A stretch of 36,842 nucleotides of DNA, taken from a virus (taxonomy: Duplodnaviria; Caudoviricetes). Numbering within the stretch: position 1 is the first letter of the stretch; every line of letters begins with the position of its first letter. A program made the translations under genes and the position numbers. The notes below the pieces were generated by a model, which was given only the letters and a program-made list of their open reading frames with translations, ran no database searches and was not told the DNA's origin. Where the stretch lies: positions 1 through 36,842 of the IMG/VR virus record IMGVR_UViG_3300017828_000004, one strand, 5' to 3'. This document shows, one piece after another, positions 1-8,723 of the stretch.

Positions 1-551
1 AAACATATGTCTAAGAAGTTTGGACAGAATCTAATGAGTGATAGTAACTCAGGGATTGCTAACAAACTTCTTAATAAGATGTATGCTAAAGCATCTGGAC
101 AAAGCTATTGGGATTTTAAGGATCAGAGAACATACAGAGATGAAGTTAATCTTGGATCTCTAATTGCAGATAAACTTGATTTTAATCATCCTAATATCCA
201 AGATCTTGTTCAGAAGATGCATGATACTACACTTGAAAGTGATGAAAATAATAACTTTGAATCATTTGAGTATCATGTAGAAGTAGGAGATACAGTATAC
301 AAGATTGCTAGAGGCGGCATTCATAGTGAAAATGAATATGAACTATATGAGTCAAATGATGAATATTCTTTCTATGAACTAGATTTTAGTTCATACTACC
401 CCTACCTAATGATTGTCTTAGGTATTAAACCTAAACATCTTGAAGATAGCTTTCTAGATAAGTTTGAAGAAATTGTTCAAGAAAGAATTGAGCACAAGTA
501 TGCAGGAAGAAAAGTAGAAAGTAATGCACAAAAAATTGTCATAAATGCTGT
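1..551 (+). CDS. polB: Family B DNA polymerase, exon 1 (5' truncated by window)
   Basis: Frame is open from base 1. Region II motif ELDFSSYYP; region III KIVINA(V) is interrupted at 551 and completed by YGKLG after the intron. Confidence 0.92.
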
Positions 552-580
552 TCGGAACGACAAGTGAGATTGAAAATACT

Positions 581-610
581 ATTAGTAAATGAATAAATAA
601 GTTTACTGAT
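581..610 (+). promoter_or_regulatory. 10-bp hairpin abutting the homing endonuclease start codon
   Basis: attagtaaat(581-590) pairs with gtttactgat(601-610), two G.U pairs, loop gaataaataa; ATG at 611. Confidence 0.55.
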
Positions 611-1312
611 ATGAATCTCACAAATTTAGAAGGATTACCTAAAGAGCAAACAGGAATTTATACTATTACACACAAAGAGTCTGAAAAGAAATATATTGGA
701 TCAACAAATGACTGCTTTAGACGAAGGATATTCAATCATCGTGCTAGGTTAAGAAATAATGATCATTATAATCCACATCTTCAAAATGCCTATAATAAGT
801 ATGGAGAAAAAGCCTTTAATGTAGAAGTGGTTCATAAAATCTCAGGTTATGATGCAATTATAGCTATGGAGCAGGAGATGATTGAGAAATATCATGATGA
901 TTGGCAAAAACTATATAATTCTGAGAAAGATGCTAGAAGAACAGAGCCTTGGAATAAGGGTAAAGAAGATATTTATTCTGAAGAGACTCTAAATAAAATG
1001 TCTAAAGCAGCAAAAAATAGATCTAATCAAGAGTATGTAAAGAAAAGACATAGAGAAGCTCAGAGGAAAGGTGCCAATTCAATTTATATGGAATATGTAG
1101 ATGGAGAAGAAATTGGAGTCTTTAAAAATGTGTTTGAGATACATAAGTTAAGTAAAAACGGAGAGTTTGATTTAAAAGAAAGTCTTCTCTATAATAGTCT
1201 TGAGGCTACTAGTCAAGAACTAAAACCACCTAGTATTCATGGTGTGTGTAATGGTAATAAAGATTCCTATAAGGGTTTTAATTTTGAATATATTGAGCAG
1301 CAAAATGGGTGA
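611..1312 (+). CDS. Intron-encoded GIY-YIG homing endonuclease (NUMOD3-like middle, NUMOD1/HTH-like C-terminus)
   Basis: GIYTI...YIGS, conserved R and HYNPHLQNAYNKYG, EQEMI, PWNKGK, terminal SYKGFNFEY; lies inside the intron. Confidence 0.93.
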   Translation: MNLTNLEGLPKEQTGIYTITHKESEKKYIGSTNDCFRRRIFNHRARLRNNDHYNPHLQNAYNKYGEKAFNVEVVHKISGYDAIIAMEQEMIEKYHDDWQKLYNSEKDARRTEPWNKGKEDIYSEETLNKMSKAAKNRSNQEYVKKRHREAQRKGANSIYMEYVDGEEIGVFKNVFEIHKLSKNGEFDLKESLLYNSLEATSQELKPPSIHGVCNGNKDSYKGFNFEYIEQQNG

Positions 1313-1520
1313 ATTGCTGGAAAATCTCTTTGAGATAACCAGCAGCCAAGCTAGTGAATGGTATAGAAGTAACTAGAAGGTTCAACGACTAACTCTTGAG
1401 CAGCCAAGCAATAATAGAGACACGAGCGCCCAACAGTAGATTTTCTGCTGATGATATAGTCTGAGCTTGTAGGTAACTACAAGAAATAGAGATTTAAATA
1501 TTTCTATGTTAACACAACTG

Positions 1521-2289
1521 TTACGGAAAGCTTGGATCAGATAACTATTGGCTTTATGATCCAAAAGCTATGTATTCTGTGACTATTAATGGTCAGCTAT
1601 TTATGCTGAAGATGATTGAACTCATGGAAGAAAATGGGTTTCCATGTAAGGTAGCTAATACTGATGGTGCTATCTTTAAGGTAGATAGGGATAGAAAGAA
1701 CAAGTTTGATAGTCTAGCAAAAGAGTTTGAAGAATGGTCTCAATTTGTTATTGACCAAGAGGAGTACACAAAAATACTTCAGAGAGATATTAATCATTAT
1801 ATATGGGAAGAATCAGATGGTAGTCTTAAACGTGCTGGAGATCTGAATAAGGATAAGCACACAGGATCATGGGGAATCATGAGATCCTTTGATAAACCAG
1901 TAGTTGCTGAAGCTATTGAGAACTACTTCTTCAATAACAAGCCTATTAAGGAGACTATTGAAGAAAAAGAAACTCCTATGGACTTCTGTATGGCACAGAA
2001 GGCAGGAAAGAAGTTTGATGTATACAGGAGATATATTGAAGATGGGAAGCTTCAAGAGGAAAAAATTCAGAGAACAAATAGATATTTTGTCTCTGATGCT
2101 AAAGGAGATAGTATATTTAAGAAGAATGAAGAAAAAGAAATCTCAATGGCTGGTACTTCAAACGAACATGTTCTTCTGTATAACTCTGAGGGACAATATG
2201 ATAGGAGTAGAGTTAAAGATCAGTATTACGTAAAAGAGTGTCTGAAAATAGTAGAGCCTTTTGAGAATCAACAAACAAGTTTATTTTAA
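1521..2289 (+). CDS. polB: Family B DNA polymerase, exon 2
   Basis: YGKLGSDNYWLYDPKAMYSVTINGQL, catalytic ANTDG, RDINHY; ends QTSLF. The ORF-track start at 1570 is internal. Confidence 0.93.
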
Positions 2290-2311
2290 TGAATGAAATA
2301 ATTACAGTATA

Positions 2312-2542
2312 ATGAAAGTTGAAAAATCTATACATATTGTAGTTTTTGATAAACCTAGATCTCCATATGATAGTGGACAACATGAGTACAAAAGGTGGCA
2401 AAGACATTATTATCCTAATTCTGAATATGCTAGATGGTATCCAGAAGATGAAAATGGAGAAGTATTTCCATATAAGGCATTTGAAGTAGTAGCTAATGCA
2501 GATCATTATTTTGAAACTATTTTTAGAGGATATAATGAGTGA
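2312..2542 (+). CDS. Hypothetical protein
   Basis: 76 aa ORF, A-rich leader, overlaps the next gene. Confidence 0.6.
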   Translation: MKVEKSIHIVVFDKPRSPYDSGQHEYKRWQRHYYPNSEYARWYPEDENGEVFPYKAFEVVANADHYFETIFRGYNE

Positions 2543-2819
2543 ACTTAATTGGAATAGAGAAGCACTTAATAATGGAGATAGACCATCAACAGTAGTTGCT
2601 TATGATGAAGACGGTAATGAATTGTTTTGGTGTCGAGAGAATTTTTGGCCCAGAGAAGGTGGGGAGAATGCAGAAGGTTGGAGAGCGTTTATTAGTTTTT
2701 CTCCTAGTAAAAGAGAAGCTTTTCAGAGAGTTGGGGTTGTCTTTTCAGATAGAGAATCAGCAGAAAAGATTTGTGAACATTTTCATGAACTAGCTGAAAT
2801 TAATCACGGATATAAATAG
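2535..2819 (+). CDS. Hypothetical protein
   Basis: Likely start MSELNWNRE at 2535, coupled to the upstream stop; 94 aa. Confidence 0.65.
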   Translation: MSELNWNREALNNGDRPSTVVAYDEDGNELFWCRENFWPREGGENAEGWRAFISFSPSKREAFQRVGVVFSDRESAEKICEHFHELAEINHGYK

Positions 2820-2821
2820 TT

Positions 2822-2974
2822 ATGAGTTTTCCATACGATAGACCTAAAATTTATGATATGCCGAAAATTCACTCTCCTTATGTTCGTGAGGAGAGAGATG
2901 GTGGGTATTATGTAACAGATGAAATTAATACAGACAATGAAGGAAATAGTTATGAATATATATTCTTGGTATGA
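2822..2974 (+). pseudogene. 50 aa ORF, possible N-terminal remnant of an RNA-ligase-like gene
   Basis: MSFPYDRPKIYDMPKIHSPYVREERDGGYYVTDEIN...YEYIFLV*. Resembles the PKIxSxFxR...YEWVF start of phage Rnl2-like ligases but stops before any KxxG motif. Confidence 0.35.
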
Positions 2975-3006
2975 TGGTCCTAATATTTACTAATCAATAA
3001 ACTTCA

Positions 3007-3183
3007 ATGACTAATACTAGAGAAAATCATTATAAAGCAGGATGGAATGATTGTCTTGATAAATTAAAAGATAAACTATCTCTACATATGAATGCTGCTT
3101 CAGATGGTAGTTTATATTCAAGACAAGTTGTTGATTGGAAACGAATTGAAAGAGTCATAGATGAAATGAAAAAAGATGAGTGA
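3007..3183 (+). CDS. Small hypothetical protein (58 aa; below ORF-track cutoff)
   Basis: MTNTRENHYKAGWNDCLDKLK...EMKKDE*; overlaps the next start. Confidence 0.65.
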   Translation: MTNTRENHYKAGWNDCLDKLKDKLSLHMNAASDGSLYSRQVVDWKRIERVIDEMKKDE

Positions 3184-3403
3184 TTATGAGGTTGTTATAA
3201 TAAAAAGATACTTAGATAAAGAGTGTCTTGAATGTGGAGCAAAGAAACTATATATAGGATTACAAAGAGATTTTTCTAGAGATAAGAAACTACCTATAGT
3301 CTTTATGGAATGTGATAATTGCAAGTGGGAAGATACCTATAAAGTTGCTCCATATAGTCATCAAATAAAACTAAATAAACTTCATGATATGTACGATGAG
3401 TAA
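3176..3403 (+). CDS. Small zinc-ribbon protein
   Basis: CLECG...CDNC pairs. Confidence 0.65.
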   Translation: MSDYEVVIIKRYLDKECLECGAKKLYIGLQRDFSRDKKLPIVFMECDNCKWEDTYKVAPYSHQIKLNKLHDMYDE

Positions 3404-3632
3404 AACACATTATCTAGATGAGAGAAGAACAAAAAAGTATGGAAATCAAGAATATGAATATAAAACAGCTTGTGGTCTAACTATTAGATATACTTATAAT
3501 AAGCTAGAAGATGATCAACTATTTATGGGTCCAAATACCGTTGATCATACAAGAGATACAAATAAAGTAGATTGTAAGAATTGTAGAAATACAATTAATT
3601 TTGCTATAGATAATAGAAATAGATATGAGTGA
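3396..3632 (+). CDS. Small putative Zn-binding protein
   Basis: MSKTHY...TACG...VDCKNC; start at 3396 overlaps the previous stop. Confidence 0.65.
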   Translation: MSKTHYLDERRTKKYGNQEYEYKTACGLTIRYTYNKLEDDQLFMGPNTVDHTRDTNKVDCKNCRNTINFAIDNRNRYE

Positions 3633-3807
3633 ATTTGAAGAATGGTTTACAAATCAATTTCCAAGAGGAGATGGTGATGATAAGCATATAGCTAAAATGG
3701 CTTGGAATGCTGCACTAGATGAAGTATCAGAAGCATTAGAAATTCATGATACTCTAGGTGATATTAAATATGAAGTGAATAAAAGACTTAAAGAATCTTA
3801 TGACTGA
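3625..3807 (+). CDS. Small hypothetical protein, paralog 1 (EFEEWF...AWNAA)
   Basis: Shares both motifs with 3800..3997. Confidence 0.75.
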   Translation: MSEFEEWFTNQFPRGDGDDKHIAKMAWNAALDEVSEALEIHDTLGDIKYEVNKRLKESYD

Positions 3808-3997
3808 ATTTGAAGAGTGGTTTCAAAAATATAAACAGGAAGAAGGAATTACATTTGACACAACTGATAAGGCTATAGAAGGATATTGTAAGAAAGCTTG
3901 GAACGCTGCTGTGCAAGCAGTAGATAATAATATTACTTATAGAAATCCGCAGTTGGATCAGGATATTCGGCAAATATACACACATGATGACTCGTGA
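3800..3997 (+). CDS. Small hypothetical protein, paralog 2 (EFEEWF...AWNAA)
   Basis: Shares both motifs with 3625..3807. Confidence 0.75.
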   Translation: MTEFEEWFQKYKQEEGITFDTTDKAIEGYCKKAWNAAVQAVDNNITYRNPQLDQDIRQIYTHDDS

Positions 3998-5237
3998 TAA
4001 ACGACAAGCTGAGATTATTGAAAAATGGAAAGAAAATGGATGTGTTGGCTGTCTACAAGCCTGCACTGGCTTCGGTAAGACTAGAACAGCTATTAAAGCA
4101 ATTAAGAGACTACAACATAATTATAATGTAAATGCTCTTGTAGTTGTCCCTACAAACTTTTTGGAAGAGCAGTGGAAAGAGAGATTGGATAAATTTAATC
4201 TGCGTCATGTAGATGTTAAAACTATTCAATCTATAACCAGGAGGTATTCCGAGGATTCCAAAATTGGTCCTTATACACTTCTGATTCCTGATGAGATACA
4301 TAAGTATGTAGCTAAAGAGTTTGGTAAGCTCTATGATATTGTAGATTATAAGATTGTTCTTGGCCTTACAGCTACAGTACCAGATGATGAGAGAGGAGAT
4401 ATAATTGAAGAACATGCTCCTGTAATAGACACTGTTACTGTAGAAGAAGCCAAGAAGAATGGATGGGTTAGTGATTTCATGGTTTATCAGTATGGAATAG
4501 AATTATCTAATGATGAACAAAATAAATATGATAAGATTACTGATAAATTCTACAGTAACTTTTCTTGGTTTAATCATGATTGGGATAAGGTAACAAAGAC
4601 TCTCAATGATGAGCAGTTTGCAAAAAGACATGCTGCTAGACAGGGAATTCATGGTCAAGTTGGAAGACTTAAAGGACATGCTAGTAGGGTAATGAAAACT
4701 GTTCAGGACCGTAAGACACTGCTCTATGAGTCTGAGAGTAAGCTTGATGCAGCAGAGAAGATCCTAAAAAGATTCCCTGACAAGCTAACCATTTGCTTTT
4801 CTGAGCGTACAAGCTTTGCTGATAGAGTTGTAGATAGATTCCCAAATAGGGCAGTTGCATATCACAGTAATCTTGAAGGTAAGAACATTGATGGAGAATA
4901 TCATGGTGTCGAAGCTATTAAAGAAAGAGGAATTGATCTGTTTTCAGACCCTTCCTCTGATATAAATATTCTCTCAACAGCTAAGGCTCTTGATCACGGA
5001 GTTGACATTCCAGAAATGGATTTTGGTCTTATTGCATCTGCTAGTAGTAAGAGCCTACAGGCTATTCAGAGGATTGGTAGAGTTATTCGCCATGAAGAAG
5101 ACAAGCGTGCTATTATTGTAGACCTATTTGCAAAAGACACGCAGGATGAATGGTGGATGAGGAATAGATATAGTGACTTTCCAGATTCCTCAATAGAGAG
5201 AATAAGCACAATCAATGAAATAAGACACCTATCATAG
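3984..5237 (+). CDS. Superfamily 2 DExH helicase (UvsW/Rad25-like)
   Basis: Walker A CTGFGKT, VVVPT, DEIH, GLTAT, GVDIP, QRIGRVIR. Confidence 0.93.
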   Translation: MMTRDKRQAEIIEKWKENGCVGCLQACTGFGKTRTAIKAIKRLQHNYNVNALVVVPTNFLEEQWKERLDKFNLRHVDVKTIQSITRRYSEDSKIGPYTLLIPDEIHKYVAKEFGKLYDIVDYKIVLGLTATVPDDERGDIIEEHAPVIDTVTVEEAKKNGWVSDFMVYQYGIELSNDEQNKYDKITDKFYSNFSWFNHDWDKVTKTLNDEQFAKRHAARQGIHGQVGRLKGHASRVMKTVQDRKTLLYESESKLDAAEKILKRFPDKLTICFSERTSFADRVVDRFPNRAVAYHSNLEGKNIDGEYHGVEAIKERGIDLFSDPSSDINILSTAKALDHGVDIPEMDFGLIASASSKSLQAIQRIGRVIRHEEDKRAIIVDLFAKDTQDEWWMRNRYSDFPDSSIERISTINEIRHLS

Positions 5238-5240
5238 CAT

Positions 5241-5867
5241 ATGAATCTACTAATTGATGATGTTAATGAATTTATAGATTTCCTACATACACACAAGCTA
5301 ACGGCTGATCAGTTTGTATTTTGTCTTCTTCTTTCATCTGAGTCTGAAGATTATAGAGGACTTCCAGATAAAGAGAAGGCAATGAGCAACTTCTTTAAGT
5401 ATTATAGTAATGTTGCTAGTAATAAAGAGAATCCCGTGTGGGCACAGCAGGATCTTGATGAGCTAGTAGAAAAGGGATTTATTGAAAGAATGACTGGAGT
5501 ATCAGAAGAATCTTATGAGTATGATAAGTTTGAGATTACTGACAAATTCCTTGATCTAGTGTTTGAAAAGAAAGGATCACTAATGGATAATTTTAGTGAT
5601 TTCTGGTCTACTTATCCTGCTTTTTATGAAAACAAAGATGGTCAAAAGTTTAACATCAAAGCAGTTAACAAAGAAGATGTATTTGATGACTATAGGAAAG
5701 CTGTTAGAGATGTTGAACCTGATGAACTCCTACATGCTCTTAAAGTAGCTAAGAGCAAGGATGAGGTTAATTGTAGAATTGACAAGTGGCTTAATAGTCA
5801 CATGTGGGAAGCCTACATGGGAGAAGAATCAACAGAAGCACAAGATATTGAACAAACTGTACTTTAG
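5241..5867 (+). CDS. Putative replication initiator / helicase-loader-like protein
   Basis: wHTH-like segment (LDELVEKGFI) and FSDFWSTYP motif typical of phage replication proteins; sits upstream of the DnaB-like gene. Confidence 0.55.
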   Translation: MNLLIDDVNEFIDFLHTHKLTADQFVFCLLLSSESEDYRGLPDKEKAMSNFFKYYSNVASNKENPVWAQQDLDELVEKGFIERMTGVSEESYEYDKFEITDKFLDLVFEKKGSLMDNFSDFWSTYPAFYENKDGQKFNIKAVNKEDVFDDYRKAVRDVEPDELLHALKVAKSKDEVNCRIDKWLNSHMWEAYMGEESTEAQDIEQTVL

Positions 5868-5869
5868 AT

Positions 5870-6049
5870 ATGGATAATATGGAAGAAATTAGAGAAGTAT
5901 TTAATAAAGGCTATGATGCATATTCAGATGGATTATCTGAAGATCAAAATCCCTACAATAAAAATGAGTTTGGATATGAATCATGGAAAGCAGGATTTAA
6001 AGTGGCTTCACAGATAGAAGATGAAGAAGGACAGGTTCCAGAACTATGA
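5870..6049 (+). CDS. Small Rmf/CrpP-like protein (59 aa; missed by ORF track)
   Basis: MDNMEEIREVFNKGYDAYSDGLSEDQNPYNKNEFGYESWKAGF...; pattern GYxAxxxG-x5-NPY-x9-WxxG; ATGA overlap with dnaB. Confidence 0.6.
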   Translation: MDNMEEIREVFNKGYDAYSDGLSEDQNPYNKNEFGYESWKAGFKVASQIEDEEGQVPEL

Positions 6050-7248
6050 GTAGATCTTATTTTGATAGTTTTCTTGATAAGGTGAAGCAAGGGAAGAGAG
6101 GAGATATGATTTGGATCCCCTCTCCTTATGGTAGACTAGAAGATAAGATTGGAATTACAAAGAAAATGTATACTCTACTCGGAGGGGATCCGGGGACAGG
6201 AAAATCTGCTTGGCTAGATACTACTTATATTCTTCATGTATACGATTGGTATATGAAGAATAAGAATGAAGTATCATTTACTCCAAAGATTATTCTTCGA
6301 TCAATGGAGAGATCTAAGGAGTATCGGATTGCCAAGTGGGTATGTCAATTGATGTTTAAGAAATTTAACATCTTGATTGATGTTAGAACTATTTTTGGTA
6401 TGCATTCTGGTGATAGTAAGATTAGCTCTGGACTAATGCATAAGATTGAAAAATGTAGGAACTACATTGAAAAAATGGAAGAGTATGTTACTGTAATTGA
6501 TGGAAGATCTGTTCCTACAGGAGTCTTTAAAGACTTTCGAGATTATGCATTAAGAAATGGAGATCTCTATTATCACAAAAAGAATGGAAGTTTATACAAG
6601 GCTAATTATAGAGAAAAGTCCAGAAAGGTAGAATGGAAAAAGATTCCAAAAGGTAGATTTCCAGATGGACACAAGATGCCAGAGAAATATGAAAAGAAAT
6701 ATATCCCTGATGATGAAGATGAGATTGTAATTCCAATTGTTGATCATATTGGAGAATACAAGAATAGAAAGGGATTTTCTAACAAACAAACTCTGGATAA
6801 AGCTGGTGAGTATACAGCCAAGCTTAGAGATCTCTATCGAATGAGTCCAATTGATGTGTGTCAGTTTAATAGAAACCTATCTGATACACGTAGAAGAGAG
6901 GGCAAGAATATTGACTTGCAACCAGAAGAACAGGATTTCATGGGATCATCTACCATGTATCAGCGGTGTGATGTAGCTATTGCTCTCTTTAATCCTCATA
7001 GATATAGTGTAGATGAACACTTAGGCTATCCAGTTCAAAGATTCATTAACTCCTATGGTCACAATCGCTTTAGAAGTGGTTTTATTCTAAAGAATACTTA
7101 TGGTGTTGATGACTTTGGAACTGCTTTTCAGTTTATAGGAGAGATCGGAATGTATAGACTACTACCGAAGTCCAATGAGATTACTAATTATGATAAATGG
7201 GCTTCAATTGAACAATCTGATCAAATAACAGATGTTGTAAAACGATAA
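6046..7248 (+). CDS. dnaB: DnaB-like superfamily 4 replicative helicase
   Basis: GGDPGTGKS, SMER, IVDHIG, CQFNR, DFMGSS...CDVAIAL, LKNTYG. Confidence 0.88.
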   Translation: MSRSYFDSFLDKVKQGKRGDMIWIPSPYGRLEDKIGITKKMYTLLGGDPGTGKSAWLDTTYILHVYDWYMKNKNEVSFTPKIILRSMERSKEYRIAKWVCQLMFKKFNILIDVRTIFGMHSGDSKISSGLMHKIEKCRNYIEKMEEYVTVIDGRSVPTGVFKDFRDYALRNGDLYYHKKNGSLYKANYREKSRKVEWKKIPKGRFPDGHKMPEKYEKKYIPDDEDEIVIPIVDHIGEYKNRKGFSNKQTLDKAGEYTAKLRDLYRMSPIDVCQFNRNLSDTRRREGKNIDLQPEEQDFMGSSTMYQRCDVAIALFNPHRYSVDEHLGYPVQRFINSYGHNRFRSGFILKNTYGVDDFGTAFQFIGEIGMYRLLPKSNEITNYDKWASIEQSDQITDVVKR

Positions 7249-7418
7249 TGAGTGAGGATAGATTTACTAAAGTTTCAATTAAACAAAAGAAGACAGTAGA
7301 TATTCCCAGACATGAGATTTTAATGTCTTTTGTTAATGATTCAGGAGCAAGGGACTTTTATCGCTGGTGGAATAATGACGGAGCAAAACTTTTTCAAAAA
7401 TGGTTGAACAATAAATAA
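7248..7418 (+). CDS. Small hypothetical protein (56 aa)
   Basis: MSEDRFTKVSIK...FQKWLNNK*; TAATG coupling; exactly fills the gap between two genes. Confidence 0.65.
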   Translation: MSEDRFTKVSIKQKKTVDIPRHEILMSFVNDSGARDFYRWWNNDGAKLFQKWLNNK

Positions 7419-7419
7419 T

Positions 7420-7914
7420 ATGAGCGAACTTATTCTGGTTGAAGGAGATTCTGGTGTTGGTAAAACAACTGCCATGAGAAATCTTGATCCAAACAGTACA
7501 TTTTATATTAATGTCAGTGGGAAGCCTCTTCCTCTTCCTGGTTGGAAGGGAGATTATTCTCCTCAAATTGAAGTGAATAACAAGAGTGATATTCAGAGAA
7601 TTGATGAGGAGAATGGAAACTATGCTTCTACTGATACATCAAGTGCTATTTGTAGTATTATGAAGTATATTGATTCACAAAGAGAGGATATTGATCAGGT
7701 AATTATTGATGACTTCCAATATATGTCAGCCTTTGAATTCTTTGAGAGGGCTAGTGAAAAAGGTTGGGATAAATTTAATGAGATTGGACAGCATATTTTT
7801 GAAGTCTTAAATACAGGAAGAGAACTTAGGACTGATTTAAAGGTAGCAATTCTCACACATACCCAAGAAACTGGTGGTGAGTTTGATAAGAACATCAGTA
7901 TGAAGACTATCGGT
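7420..7914 (+). CDS. Sak4-like/AAA_24 P-loop ATPase (probable single-strand annealing/recombination protein), exon 1
   Basis: GDSGVGKTT, IIDDFQY, ILTH, ending MKTIG; continues after the intron. Confidence 0.88.
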
Positions 7915-8723
7915 AAACCATTTTGCCGATGTAAAAGCTTTTTAATTGCTGGGAACCCCTTGGGGCAATCAGCAGCCAAGCTCGAAAGAGAAGGTTCAAC
8001 GACTATTCCGAGAGGAAGTACATGAAATTAATGGAAAAGGAAGCTTATATATGACCAAAATATATACACTAGAAAATCCAAATACAGGAGAGATAAGATA
8101 TGTTGGTAAGACTGTTAGACCTTTAAACTATAGACTCTCTCATCATATATCATCAGATAACCAATGTCATAAGACTAATTGGATAAAGAGTTTAGATGGT
8201 GATCCTGTAATAAAATTAGTTGATAAGGTTAGTGATGAAAATTGGGAATTTTGGGAAAGATATTGGATTCAGCAGTTTAAAGCTTGGGGTTTTGATTTAG
8301 TAAACCATACAGATGGTGGTAGGGGATGTATTGGTATGGAGCAAACAGAAGAGTCTAATAGAAAAAGATCTGAATCTCTCAAAGGTAGAACAAGACCACA
8401 ATCTGTAAGAGATAAAATTAGTGAATCAAAAACTGGTGAAACTAAATCTGAAGAATATAAGAGGAAAATATCAGAATCTTTGGAGGGAACTACATAATCT
8501 ATTAAGACTAAATCGAAAAGATGGAAGCCTATAGCTAAAATTGATTCTGATGTTATTGGTATATATCATTCTCTTATGGAAGCTGCTAGTACAGTAGATG
8601 TGTCTAAGGGACCAATATCAAATGCTGCTACTGGTAGAAGAAATACTTCTGCTGGATATAAATGGTCATATATAAAAGATATAGTCTACTCCACAGAGAA
8701 ATCTGTGAATGATATTTCAATTG
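7915..8723 (+). mobile_element. Group I self-splicing intron in the AAA ATPase gene (809 nt), endonuclease ORF in the P8 loop
   Basis: P1 atcggU(7909-7914)-aaa-ccat-ttt-Gccgat with U.G at the splice site; P10 aaccatttt pairs with 3' exon aaaatggtt; terminal G8723; P aattgctggg, Q aatcagcagcc, P7 gacta(8001-8005)/tagtc(8682-8686); 13-bp P8; P9 cacaga-gaaa-tctgtg. Splicing gives KTIG|KMVDEKLTPEG. Confidence 0.95.

Larger units (their letters stand above)
552..1520 (+). mobile_element. Group I self-splicing intron in polB (969 nt), endonuclease ORF in the P1 loop
   Basis: Exon ends in U551 and intron ends in G1520; splicing gives AAT GCT GT|T TAC GGA AAG = NAVYGK. P1 tgctgttc(546-553)/gagcagca(1295-1302) with U551.G1297 wobble; P gaattgctgg 1311-1320; Q accagcagcc; P3 tgggtg/cgccca; P7 gacta(1387-1391)/tagtc(1457-1461); P9 cttgtag-gtaa-ctacaag. 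Confidence 0.95.

Noticed and set aside
7915-8050. C-terminal tail of ORF 7420..8025 and N-terminal extension of ORF 7946..8497
   Set aside because: Both are translations of intron catalytic-core RNA; the exon ends at 7914 and the endonuclease starts at ATG 8051.
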